A stretch of DNA of 64,000 nucleotides from Daphnia carinata (lineage: Eukaryota). Position 1 is the first letter of the stretch; the number at the start of each line of letters is the position of its first letter. The notes under the pieces were generated by a model. That model had not been told where the DNA came from and ran no database searches. It saw nothing but the letters and a program-made list of their open reading frames with translations. Position numbers and translations under genes: made by a program. The stretch covers positions 3,038,001-3,102,000 of the forward strand of contig NC_081332.1 of NCBI RefSeq assembly GCF_022539665.2, given 5' to 3'. Positions 13,133-26,500 of this stretch are shown here, piece after piece.

Positions 13133-16100
13133 ATGACCGTCAAATCATTACGTCTTTTGGCGCTATTCGCCACACTTGTTGCATTTCCAGGCGCAGAGAA
13201 CTCGGCTGTCAAACGACAGGTTGTTCAACCTGAAGCTCCAAAATCTGGATCATTTTACCGTGGAGCAGTTGAATCTCCTCCACCGACCGTCCACATCGGA
13301 CGAGGCTTCCAACGAGATGCTGTTGAGTATCGCCCCAATCCCGATTTTCGCCCTATAAACCCATTCGCCCTCCGCAACCTGAATAGCGCCATTTTCTTGT
13401 CGCAATTCTACTATCCATCGCTGTACGCCGATCATTTCCGCAAAGTTTACCCCGACTATTATACTCCTTTTGCTGTGTTTCCGGTACCCATCAGCAATTC
13501 GATTATCCAAAAAGGTAACTGGCAATTATTGACATTTCTTTTGCATTAATTGAATTGATGCGTATTGTTAAAATGTCAGACGGATCAGAATGCCTGAACG
13601 GCCAAGCTTTGCGACCGAATCCTGACGATTGCACCGGCTATCAGAGCTGCGTCCACGGCCAATGGGAAAATCAAAGGTGTCCTGATGGATTGCACTGGAA
13701 CGCCCAGTACAGCATTTGCGATTGGCCGTCGAATGTGCGATGCGCCATCGAAGCCACGTCTTCGGGTACTCAGGCCCCAGCTACTGAAGCTCCTCAACTT
13801 TCCACGACGACGCCTCGCTATCCAATTTCTGTCACCACGCCATCTCGAGCTCCAGATGTCACAACAACAACATCGGCTCCACCTAGTCCAACTGCTTCAC
13901 CTTCTGCACCGCCCTCTTCATCTTCCGGTAATCATATCCTTCTCTACGTAAATAGTTTTCTTTACTAAACCGTTTAATTTTAACACAACAGGTGAGGCTA
14001 AAGTGATTTGCTACTACACGAACTGGTCGTGGTATCGTCAAGGAGAAGCCAAATATTCTCCGAGTGACATTGATCTTAACCTCTGCACTCACATCCTTTA
14101 TGGATTCGCCACCTTGGATCCGAATCAGTCGATTATGCGTGTCTTTGATTCTTGGTCCGACACTGATGAATACGGCCCAAAACTTTACGCTAAAGTGACG
14201 GCCCTTAAGAGTCACGGCATCAAGGTTCTCATCGCTCTCGGTGGCTGGAACGACTCTGCTGGAGGCAAATATAGTGCTATGGTCAACAATCCAGCTGCCA
14301 GGCGCCGTTTTATTGAAAATGCTATCATTTTCATTGAAAATTACGGATTTGACGGTCTCGATCTTGACTGGGAATACCCCAAGTGCTGGCAGGTATGTTT
14401 CTCCAAAATTTATCATTTCATAGTCAAAGCGAATCGCTATCATCACGAAATTTCGGTTTTTTTCAGGTCGATTGTAATGCTGGCCCAGCCTCAGACAAAC
14501 CTGCCTTCGCAGCTTTCGTCCGAGAATTGCGAGAGGCCTTTACTCCCAGAGGCTGGCTTTTGACTGCTGCTGTTTCGCCATCCAAAGCGGTCATCGATGC
14601 TGGCTATGATGTGCCGTCGTTGTCCCGTGACTTGGATTGGATTGGTGTCATGACTTACGATTATCACGGACACTGGGACAAGAGAACAGGTCACGTGGCT
14701 CCACTTGGCTTCCATTCGGAGGCAGATGTAGCTTATTTCAACACAGAGTACACGCTCAATTACTGGATCCGTGGTGGAGCTGATCCGGCTAAACTCATTC
14801 TCGGGGTTCCGCTCTACGGCCAGTCATTCACACTGCAAAATCCCAGCGTCAACGGACTTAACGCTCCGGCTAAAGGAACCGGACAAGCTGGTGAATTCAC
14901 TCGTCAAGCTGGATTCCTCGCTTATTACGAAGTAATTTTTCATCAGCAAACGTAATTAGAATAATTACTGTTATGAAAATCGATTGGTTTTTTTGTGTGT
15001 GTAGATTTGTAAGATGATTGCCAATGGCGGATGGACTGTCGTCCAGGATGAAGAAGGAGCTCTCGGTCCGTATGCTTACCGTGGTGATCAATGGGTATCG
15101 TTCGACGACGCAAACATGGTTCGTAAAAAATCCGAAGTTGCCAAAGCAATGAAAATCGGTGGTGCCATGATCTGGGCCCTCGATCTCGATGATTTCCGAA
15201 ACAAATGTGGATGTGAGACGTATGCTTTGCTCAAAACAATCAACAGAGTCTTGAGAAACTACCCAGCATCGAGCGCCAAATGTGACGTTAAAAGTAATCA
15301 TCAAAGTTTAAAAAAAAAAAAAAGATCAAAATAATACTCCTTATTGACACAGGTGTTCCAAAAGTTTCCAGACCAACTGCAGTATCCAAGAGCACCTGCC
15401 AAGAAAATTCTTACAAACCGCACGAATCTGATTGTGCTAGTTACTATCATTGCGTCTTCGGACAATGGAGTGGCTATACTTGCCCCAACGGTTTGTTCTG
15501 GAACAAGGTACGTCATTAAGATGTGCAAAAAGAAAATAAGGTCTTCATTTCACGAATGCCGTTACTGAATAATGTTTGTGTTAGGAATACTGCGACTGGC
15601 CATACAACGCCAAATGCGAAGGTAGCAGTGAAGTTTACCTTCCAGCAGTTCCAGCCCCTACAGCTGCCCCTGTTCTACCTGGACCTGATTCCACTGGAAC
15701 AACAGCGAGTGGCGCGTACGTCGAATGGAAACCAACAACTACAACAGCCAAGCCCACGCCCAGCCCTTTTCCAGAGGTGACATTGCCCGACACTGGTTTT
15801 AAAGTCATCTGTTATTTCACCAACTGGGCTGGATATCGGCAAGGAGAGGGCAAGTACAAGCCGGAGGACATCGATCCGGCTTTGTGCACGCACATCATCT
15901 ACGGTTTCGCCACTCTCAGTCCCAGTGAACTGACTATGCGTGTTTTCGATTCCTGGGCTGACACGGACGAATACGGGCCAAACCTTTACGCAAAAGTAAC
16001 GGCATTGAAAAAGAAGGGAATCAAGGTTTTGATTGGTCTAGGTGGTTGGAATGACTCATTGGGCAGCAAGTATAGCCAACTGGTTAACAATCCAACTGCC

Positions 16101-17076
16101 AGGAAACGGTTCGTTGACAACGCAATCGCCTTCATCGAGAAATACGGTTTCGATGGACTCGACCTTGATTGGGAATACCCGAAATGTTGGCAGGTTAGTC
16201 TTGCCTTAAAAGAGGTGTAGATTTATCTAGTCTAGTACCTAACAACCCGTGTATTACTAGGTGGATTGCAAAGCTGGACCAGATTCAGACAAACCTTCGT
16301 TCACTGCTTGGGTTAGGGAACTGAGCGAGGCGTTCAAACCTCGCGGTTGGTTACTGTCGTCCGCTGTTTCGCCCTCGAAAACTGTCATCGACCTTGGTTA
16401 TGAAGTTGCCGAGTTGTCTCAATACTTTGACTGGATTGGTGTCATGTCCTACGACTATTTTGGCAATTGGGACAAAGAAACCGGTCACGTTGCTCCCCTA
16501 TATGCCCATTCTCAGGTCAGCAACCAATACTTCAATGCTAATTTCACGCTCAACTATTGGATTGAACTTGGCGCTGATCCGTCCAAAGTAATCATGGGTA
16601 TGCCTATGTACGGACAATCGTTCACTCTTGAAGATCCCGCCAGCAATGGCTTGAACGCCAAGGCTAAAGGACCAGGTGAAGCGGGAGAATTCACGCGGCA
16701 AGGAGGTTTCCTCGCGTTCTACGAGGTTTGACTTGGTTATTTTTGTATGTGGCGTTTGCTTAATTACACCTCTGCTTTTTTTTAGATTTGCCATCGTATG
16801 AAGCAGGGTGGCTGGACTGTGGTTCAAGACTCTGAAGAAGCCATGGGTCCTTACGCTTACAAAGGAAATCAGTGGACTTCGTTTGACGATGTCGCTATCA
16901 TTCGTCGCAAATCTGAATTGGTCAAATCAATGAAAATCGGTGGTGCTATGATTTGGGCGTTGGATCTTGATGACTTTAGTAACCGATGCGGATGCGAACG
17001 CTATCCATTGCTCAGGACTATTAACCGCGTCTTGCGTAATTATCCCGTAGCCGACCCGAATTGCAATTACGCTTAA
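13133..17076 (+). CDS. Secreted multidomain chitinase: signal peptide, CBM14, S/T/P linker, GH18, CBM14, linker, GH18 (about 9 coding exons; group II/Cht10-like domains)
   Basis: Signal MTVKSLRLLALFATLVAFPGA. Peritrophin-A CBM14 (C..PNPDDCTGYQSC...CPDGLHWN...CDWP) and a second CBM14 near 15350-15620. Two KVICY(Y/F)TNW...FDGLDLDWEYP...GGAMIWALDLDDF domains. GT-AG introns; stop TAA 17074-17076. Confidence 0.95.
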
Positions 17077-17783
17077 AAATTAAACAGGGATCTTTTGGTA
17101 ATGAGATTTAATGCTAAGCATTAGAAAAACATGATTTCCGATCTTTTTAAAGGCACACAACAAAGATGTGTTACAGGTGTTTGTTCTGTTTTTTAACAAT
17201 GTTTTCCTCTGTTATGTTATTTGGGTAACTTGGTACAGAATTTTTTCGCGATTTGTGGAATCACTCACTGGCTTGTTTTGTCTCTAAGTTCATTTTGTAG
17301 TGCACCATTATTACACTTTCCAAATAAGTGGTCGGTATCTTTGTTTTAACTACCATCCTTTTCTAATCGCACGTTTACTTATATTGCACATGTACGCATC
17401 TATTAGATAGATTGAATTCAGTGTGGTCAAACATGAACACATCTCATCCTTAACCAGATGCGAACAAGTTTACCAAACCACTCTTTCTTTTAATGGTATG
17501 TGTTCCTGTTGTGTCATCTTTACGAACAAAAATATGTCAGAACTTTAGCTTTTTTGTTCTCTGAAAATAAGAAAGCTACTGTACTGCTTTATTTTATTTT
17601 TTTCATTCTATTTATTTGATTGCTGGTGCACATCTCTGCTAAGACTGAAAGCTTTTAAACACAGTTCGGCATGATCACTGATAGATGGCGTGCAACATAG
17701 CAGTATTTAAATTCACGACTGGGTACCGATAGATGGCACGCAATTCAACAGTATTATTTTTTATTCATAAATTATTTTGAAAG

Positions 17784-20700
17784 ATGGCCACGCTTAGATC
17801 GCTCGCCGGCTTAAATGATTCCCAATTTTCTAAGATTATTAAAGAGCAAAGAAGTAGACAGCCTAAAGGCCAGGTGAAAAAAGTTCGTAGCCTGCTAACA
17901 ACCATCGAGCATTACGTATTCGCGTGGGATAAAGTAGATTGTTGCTTGCTCGTAAAAAATTTGTTAGACGTTGATACATGGGCCGAAGGCAAGAAAAACA
18001 CAGACCAAAAACCGTCAGCGGATCGATTACTGGTTAGTCAGTGTTACAGTCAATATTACTTGTAAATGTCTTGATTTTCTATGTTTCCTACAACTTAGAA
18101 AATTACACTGACAGATGCTCCTGTCTTTGAAGTGGAAAATGTTCAAACCAATTTGGACGGTAATGTTTTATAAATTGGTGTTGCCTAAGAATGTTAACAA
18201 TCTTTCCTTGTTTGTTATAGGCAGTTTAATAGTCTTGAATGGTCCTCAAGGTGTGGCATGTGTTGAACTACCAAGTAATTTGCCGAGTCTTGAAGCCAAG
18301 CAACAAGGACTTTGTGTTAAAAGTGCTAGGTGAGAATCATGTTAATAAGCTAATGTTCAAGTATATGAAAATTAATTTTCTTGCAACTCTTAGATCAATT
18401 TACATAGACCAGAAGCTCTTGTTGTGCAACTCACGGGTGAAAATCCAGGAAGTAAAGTTTCATCCAGGATCTCCAACAAATAGCCATTTAGTTGTGCTGA
18501 CATCAGATAATTGCATTAGGTATGTGAAACAAGGTGATAAACATTGTTAGAAAGCTAAAAATGTTTTAAGCAAAATTCATCTCTTTCCTCTTAACTTTTA
18601 ATTGAAATAGAAAAAATTATTCAAAGTTTATCTTACTATTTTATGAAATGTAATTTAATTCCCCTGTTTGTTTTTTTTTAGAATCTATGATGTGTTCAAT
18701 CCTAGCCGCCCAGAAAAAACAATTCCAGTTGGTCCCAAGGTGGGAAACCATTCACTGCATTCGTCAATGACATCAGGCACAACGTTTTCATCGTGTTTGG
18801 ATGAAGCCGTATCTTTCGATTTTGGTACGCCTTTTGAAGATACTCGTACCAGCGGAGATCCACAAAAACGAGTAAGCGTCCACCTTTGCACTTTGAATTA
18901 TATCCATATAATCGCCACATCATTACGTTTTCTGTTAATGATATTCCAACAATTACTGTGTTACTTATATTTCTTTTATGTCTACTTGTGTCTATTCCTT
19001 TCATTTTTTTTTGTATTATAGGATGGGGTTCCAATCTTCCTCTTTCCAGTATACGTTCTAATTACCAACGGGGATGTTTACACGTTCAGTTGTTCAGTTC
19101 AGTCGAATAGGTAAAACCATAAATCTTTTCAGTTGAAAACGCAAAGCTAATACTAATTGTTTTATCTTATCTGATGTAGTTCTAGAGCTCCGAAAATATC
19201 GGTCATTGGACCATTATTAATGCAACCAGCTGCCTTGGACAATTATGGAGACGATGCTTGTTCTCTTCTCTGTTTACCGGTGTTACCACCCGTTTTGGTG
19301 ATCGCCAACCGTACAGGAAACATACATCATGCCATTTTACTTCCACGAGCAGCGACGGATGATGATGATGATTCCGACCAGAATCCTAATATTGCTGACG
19401 ACCTCGAGGTACGACTTGAGTTAAGAAGATATGGTTTACTTTGACTAATATTCTGATCGTGTTTCGTATCAAGTCATTGTTATCGAAAGCAAGTTTGACG
19501 GTTATGGACGTAAAACCTGATTCGGTATTGCATGTTACCGAGACGCTCGAGCTGGACGGTGATATTCTGGACGGAAGTGAAAGCTTCAGTGCCGATGAAA
19601 ATGTTGCTGACAATGAAGGCGCAGTTCAGCTCCGTAGGGATCCTGCCTGTTCCAGTCGTTACTTTGTTTTACACGACTATGGAGTCCATGGCGTAGTCGT
19701 TCCACTGGTTGATACTCTCAGTGAACTGGCCTCCAAGCCTGATTGTAAGCAATCAGTAGTTTTCTGTATATCTAGACTAGACTGACGCTTCTCTTTACGT
19801 TCTTAGCGGATGTCGATCAGGATGAGACTAAACGGGTAATGCTGGCTGAAACGGTGGTTGAATTCATACTGTGTTCACGAACGAAATCGTCTGCTGCTGC
19901 ACCTCCTCAAGGAATAGTCGTATACCCCCTTCCACCAACTCTGTTGGTGTTATTGGATTCAGCTGATCTTCAAGTTATTTCTCTCTCCCGCCTACTGAAA
20001 CCAGCAGTCAAGACTGTACAGACAACTAGTACGACGAAGGTGGACACGTTATTTTTGCTAAAGTATTACACATGTTCATTAACATTTTTCCACCAGGTGG
20101 AAAAAGAACCTTTTGACACTATTATTCGACGTCAACTGCAGCGCACACATTCCCAACCGAAATTAAGTTTTCCGCCTGGTACCGAACTCAAAGTGGCCGA
20201 AGTGGTCAAAGTACGAATCTCCATAAAGCTTTTTTTTTTTTTCAACAATTTGTTTTGTAACATATGTCATTTGATGAATAGTTATTCAGTCGCAGCGTTC
20301 AAACTCTTCGCGAAGAATACATCATGAAGCAGGACGCGGTCCGTGAAGCATTGGAAAAGAAAAGTCGGTTACTGGAGTTACATCTACTCCAGCAGTTTGA
20401 TGAACTGAGTTTGATACAGCAGTCGAAGGAAGAATTAACTGGAGTCGCCCACCAGTTGGCGGAAAAATACGAAGATTCGATGGAAAAGCAAAGATCTTTG
20501 ACTGAAAGGTAGCCTCTCTTTTTTCTTTTCATTTTTAATTTGAACGAAAGAAGATGAGTGCGATTAATCACAGGGTGGAGAGAGTGCTTTATGAAATCCA
20601 GCGACGTTCACCATTCATGACGGATGCAGAAAAACAGATGGGACAACAACTTCGTTTAGTGGAAACCAAATTGCATTCATTAACACAGTCCTTAGAATCT

Positions 20701-21025
20701 TTAAAACGTCGAGAACAACTCTACGGTGCAAACGTAAAAACAAAGTTATCATTTTTTGCTCTTCAGTGAACAAATAACAACTACTTTTTTTAATGTTAGG
20801 CTATCCAGCAGCAAGACCGTAATACAACGATTGGCCACCTTAGTGAAGAACAAAAAACAAGTGTGAACGAAGCCTTGGCTCTTCAGTAAATTCCATTTCT
20901 TTAAAATTTTCCATCATGTTGAAACATCTAGATCAAAGCTAACGATGTTATTTCTATTTAGGAGCGCAGATATTGCTGGCCTACTCAGGAGTTTACAGCA
21001 AGCCAAGAAAAAGCTTGCCGCCTAG
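17784..21025 (+). CDS. Nup88: Nuclear pore complex protein Nup88 (multi-exon)
   Basis: Motifs VKFHPGSPTNSHLVVLTSDNCIR, AVSFDFG, GPLLMQPAALDNYGDDACSLLCL, RDPACSSRYFVLHDYGVHGVVVP and a C-terminal coiled coil (LAEKYEDSMEKQ). Spliced stop TAG 21023-21025. Confidence 0.9.
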
Positions 21026-21212
21026 GGTAAGCGAATGTTTGAAATTTTTCACATCAGTTGGGTATACACTTGTCTTTCGCATTATGCTGAAACCATACCG
21101 TCATTTCAAGAGTAAGAATTATAAATAACTAAATTCAAGGGAATTACGGAAATATTTCGTTAAAGCAAGGATTTTTTGTATTTCGAAATAGGAAGTTGCA
21201 AGAGCTAAAAAA

Positions 21213-22533
21213 TCATTTAAAAGAATCAAGCTTTTTGGTTTTGTTTACCCTCCTAGCTCTTGTTTCAAGCATATTCTTGAGTTTGACACATTCATAACAG
21301 CTAGATTTATCTAGCAATTGACATTTATTTGAACGCCATACGCCACCCTGGAAACGACCAGTACTACAGAATTTTACATCGACAGTAGCAGAATCCATGC
21401 AGCCATCACACGTTTTTGCTTTGTCGAAATTGTTCAGAATTTCTTGAAACTCGTTTAGGGACTGGAAATGATATTCCAGATCCACAGAATCGAACCTTTT
21501 ACCAAACACGTAGTATATGACAGAGTTTTTTGTTGCTATTTCTATCGCTTTGTCAATTATTGCTTCTCCCGGAGGAAGAGCTGGCAGGAGACAAACTAGT
21601 CTTTTGCGAGGGAGGGTAATAGCATGCCAGTTCCATGATGGTGGCAATTTAGCGTCTTGAGGATCTACCAACGATTTGTTATTACCAGCGGTCACACGTG
21701 ATGTGGTATTCGAAATGCCTGGCTTCTCGGCGGATACTCTAGGGCTATTTTCATTAGATGGGGTTATTGAATGCTTTGGGGCAGCGTCATTGTCACTAAG
21801 ATTCAAACGAGAACTAATTCTTGAAGTGTTTGTTTCGGGGTTTGATTCTTGATCTTGGGTACTGGGATTGTCATTAGTATTCAATGCTTTAGTAGTAGCC
21901 CTTTTAGTTGAATGTTCTGTAGATGCACTTGTTCTCGCATATTTTGCTGAAATATGAGTCGCAATCCGGGGGCCCTTTCTAACCCTCTTCGAACGATGGC
22001 CTATAACGTTGGGTTATCAGAACATTTTTATTGATGTTTACATTAAACATTTGTAAAATTTGATCACATACCCTCTGGAATAAGGTTAGGTTCAAGGCTT
22101 TTACTTGGGAAAATTGATGGGATGGCTGTTGGCTTTAGTCTCCAAAGCATTGGGAAAATATCTGAGCAAATTTTAGTAACTGAATGAAAACTAAAAAATT
22201 GGTGGTAGCAGGAATTATAGACAACTGCAAACCTTCTTTTCCTCCAACAACAACCTTTAAACCCTTCCTTATGTCATCTTCAGCAAAGTGTACATGACAG
22301 ATTTTGTCATTAGGGCCAAGCTCTCTGTGTGATGTAGGTACCACTTCTTTCCATTTTTTCAACATTTCAACATCCTTTAAAGAACAATTCTGAATGTGAT
22401 TAATCTGTTATGGTTAGTTGTAAATGGGTTTGTGCAGACTTACCCTTGGAACACTAAACACAGTCCTTTTCCCAATACATCCCTTTCTTCCAGTATCACA
22501 ATATGGCACAAAACATCCCGATTGACCAGGCAT
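21213..22533 (-). CDS. THAP (C2CH zinc finger) domain protein with Cys-containing C-terminus and no transposase catalytic domain
   Basis: Spliced MPGQSGCFVPYC...VFSVP...KKW...KICHVHFAEDD...AIPSIFP matches the THAP signature. The last exon is ORF 21213-21884. Confidence 0.85.
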
Positions 22534-23508
22534 TTCGTAAACCTATATCTACAGATTTAAAAATCATCGTAAAATTTGTATAATTTTAAAGATCAAGATG
22601 ACCAAAGAAAACGTCAAAATTTTTCCCTTTAAAATTAATGTGATGTGACGTAAGACTTGTGGCACGGTGACTAAAAAAAACAAAACATCACGAAAGATAT
22701 TGGCGTGAGAATAGCAAAATCTACCTTGTATTTTTGTCAGAAACAGTCTTGTTTATAGGTCTTCTGATTGCTGGCGATCAGCGCAATCTACAGTGAACTT
22801 TGTTAACAAGATGTTGGTTCTTCAAAAGAACACCTTTTCTGATCGTACCTGACTGACGTAAGTACGATTCAATCTCTTGTAGGCTAATGTAATTTGAAAT
22901 CACCCTAAAGCGTCCTATTGAAAGTCAACAGCACTAACTGTTTTATACGGGGATATTTTATAATTGTGGAATTTACATCAAAGTTGTAATACTAAACCAC
23001 AAGAAACAAGAAATTTTTTAAAAAGACATTTTTGGTTAAATACTGTGAATGTAACTTCGTTTAAAGCTCATGCACTTTTCAAAAAAAAAAAAAATCAGTA
23101 CGCGGAGAACAAGTCCCATGTTCCCACGTTTTTACAGGAACACTAATAATAGTGTGATGTCACATAAAAATAATATTTCCTCCGGGTTCTGATTTCCTTT
23201 CATTATTGTTTAGAAACACCTAACATTGTTATACTCATTGGCTGCTCATAAATACCAAAAGAAACCATTTCCAGAGGAGTCGCGACGGTAATAACGCAAT
23301 ACGCAAATGAAAAAAAAAAAAAAGAAAATGAATAACAAAAAGAGTAACCGGTGGAGTTAATTGCCTCGAATTAGAAGACAGAGTTAAACAACCAACAATG
23401 GCTACAAATTCTGTGCGTAATTAATAAAAATAATAATAATAACGACAGGAAGACGACATTTTGGGCGATCGGTACACCTGGTTGAGAATTTAAAATGAGG
23501 ATCGCTTT

Positions 23509-26500
23509 TTAAATTATGTTAACCAATGGACCATTGCGAATTTCCCGCGTGGTTGTCAACTCATCACCCATTTCAAGAACATGTTTAAGCTCTTCAAGTT
23601 CTTGGATGCCACATTTTCGCGTTTCATAGGTATGCGCCACTAGGTTTCGGTAAAAGATGATAGCAAACCAAATGAAGAGAATTACGAACGGAACTAGAAT
23701 CGCTGTGGCAACGTAAGCAGCTTCCTTTAAAACGCTGTAGAACTGAATCCAACAAAGAATTGCCACTTCAACCATGAAAAGGAGAATACCCAAAACTGTT
23801 GAACAACCCCATGCCAGCTCAATGTACATGTGCATCTTTTCATGTGGAGACTCATTCACTAAACTAAATGAAGAAATTATTCAAATTAAAATAATCTACA
23901 AGTGCATCCAAAAATAATTACAAAGTGTTTCACCTAAGTATGTGCAAGTTGGAGATGGCTTCCATGTTGGGTAAGATGCATGTTGAAATTAGCAGGGCTA
24001 GCATGTGTACTGCGACTAGCATGGTTGTGCATATAGCAAATAAAAACAAAAGTGGCTTGGGGAGTTGTTCACTGTCTGGGTTGTTGTTATTTAACTGTAT
24101 CTCAACCACTGCTACCTTGAAGATGCATTAAAAAAAAAACCGAAGAAAGTTGAATGCATGCTGAACCTCAAGATTTAAAGTATTAGAATTATATGGATTG
24201 AAATTACAAACCATTGCGAATCCTGCTAAAAGGGCAGATGTGTTACTTGCTGCTTTCAGTTTGGCTTTGCTCAAGTGTAATTTTCTCCATGATAAGAAAG
24301 CCGGGCCTTGGTGATGTATGCTGTCTCCTTGAGTTGACATTTTCTGTCACATGAAAAACAATTATCAGAAATTTTTTTAAACAATACAAAACCAGAACAG
24401 CATCTACTATGTAATGTTAAACCAATTTCAAAGTTGCATTTTTGCTGGTGGTCTATTCTGCTATGCTAAGATAAAGTAAAAATACAATTGTCTCAAATTG
24501 TTGAGGCTCTCAGATATTCTAAGGCAATTTAGCTCTTAAGAACGCTACGGCATTAGGCGAGCAGCAGGAAATAAAAGCTATGTTATACTCTCCCAAATAA
24601 AGCTACATAATTCACTAAGAGCTCTGAAGAAAAACCAAAAACAGTGTGAACCTTGAAATTGAGGTTAACAAGAACAAGTGCAGATGGGAGAGAGCCTTTC
24701 ACCACAGAATAAAAGATTCGATTTTGTTTTGTTTTCGTAAAAATTCATATGTGCAGAATTTTTTGACAGTTGTAAACAGAGCATTTCCTAGCAGAAAACT
24801 GACTACTGAGTTTTTATTTGAAATTTGTCAACATCGAAGTCAGCCATTAAAACTCATTAACGAGGGTTTTGACACTGAGCCAATAAAGTTGTATGTTTTG
24901 TACTGTCCGTTTATCTTTATGATTAGTTAAATTGTTTTGTTTTTTTCAAGATATCACTGCAGGGACCAAGAACATGAGGAAGTTTCTTGGCCATTGGCAC
25001 TACAAGCGCTGGATTGGCCACCATCTACCAACTAATTCGTAAGTCATTGCACAGTAGTATTTTCCTCTTTTCTTTATTTCCTGAATCCACACCGTAAATG
25101 GCTCGACAAAATGGAATAGCATTCGTTTTGATTTGTGCACTACAGATAATTATTCTAAGCTAGGGTATATCGATTACTTTTAGCTACCGAGTCGGTTTGT
25201 GAAAATTAAAGCTCCTCCTCGTAGGAGGAAATATCTTATCAATTAAATGGAGAAAAACGTTTGAACTCGTGTTAAGATAGCTCAGGTGGTCCGATGAATA
25301 CCATTTCTATTGTGCTTAGAGTTTCGTCTTTAATTTGCATTAAGGGACGGGTGGACACCGATTGGGCGAGTAACTTGCAATTTTCTGCAGGATATGGCGA
25401 TTTAAGTTTTCATTTACTTCTCCACGTGTTTCATTAGTTACTGTATCTGTATAAATTTTACTTACTTTATTATCTTCGGCTTTTTCCATATTGCCACCGA
25501 AGCAGGCAGTGGCTGAATTCACTGACGAAACGTCAAGTCCGAAGGTTGAGGCATGTTTCTGCAGATGTTGTAGCACACTAGGTTGCGTTTTTGAAACCCA
25601 TGATCTGGATATTCCAGAATCACCCTAGAAAAGTAACGAAAAGCTTATTTATTTTATATAACTTAGTATTTGACGTTATCTAGAAGGTACTAGTATCCGC
25701 AAGCTTGAAGCTCAGGATGGCTTAATTTGTTACCTATTTGCTTATATCTGTCACACTTCTAATAACCTTCTATTCCCTTAAAAAGAATGTGTGGGTCTAA
25801 ACAAGCTTGGAACTGGAACTGGCCAATGGCAACCTCGTAGAAAGCCTTGTGAAAAATGTTAAGCAGATTCGCCATGCAAGAGATGTAGACACATCAGGAC
25901 CCTACTATGTAGGGGTATGTGTTACGAAACCTTTCCTCGATAAGCATTGTTTTGAGCGGTCAGATCCAGCTCATTCTGCTTTGTTTCAGTGTCACTAAGC
26001 AGAAAGCTGTTGAGAAGCAAGACAAGCAGAGCTAGCCGTTCCATATTTTAAATTTTAAAATAAAATAGGTTTTATGTGATACGCGTAAGGGTAATACTTT
26101 TACAGACATGCATTCATCTAACTAATCCTAAGCACTGCTGACCTTCAGTCTAGAAAATGTTTTTGCTTTTCTATTCAAAGAACCATTAATTAAAGCGAGC
26201 TCAAGTTTAAATCGTACTTCGGAAATTCTTTAACAGTTTGGGTAGGAGGCGGGTTACGTCCATGAAACAAACATGCAAAACTTAACCAACAATGCCTAAC
26301 CACTTTTGTCACAAGTATTAAACAAATAGTAAAAAAAAAACAATAGGCTATTGTACAAGGAGGAAAATCGATTAAACGGGTTAACAAATTGGGCACTTAA
26401 CTTACTAACAAACTCCCTGTGGTAGTAGTACTAGAGCACGCACAGCACGACGGACATTTTTGAATTATTGGTGAACTAATGGAGCTGACCGATCTCGACC

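Noticed and set aside
24950..26000. Possible nested exons in the Orai intron (plus-strand AG...GTAAGT block near 24951-25044; ORFs 25340-25576 and 25807-25998)
   Set aside because: No recognisable product or consistent gene model; cannot be supported without transcript data.
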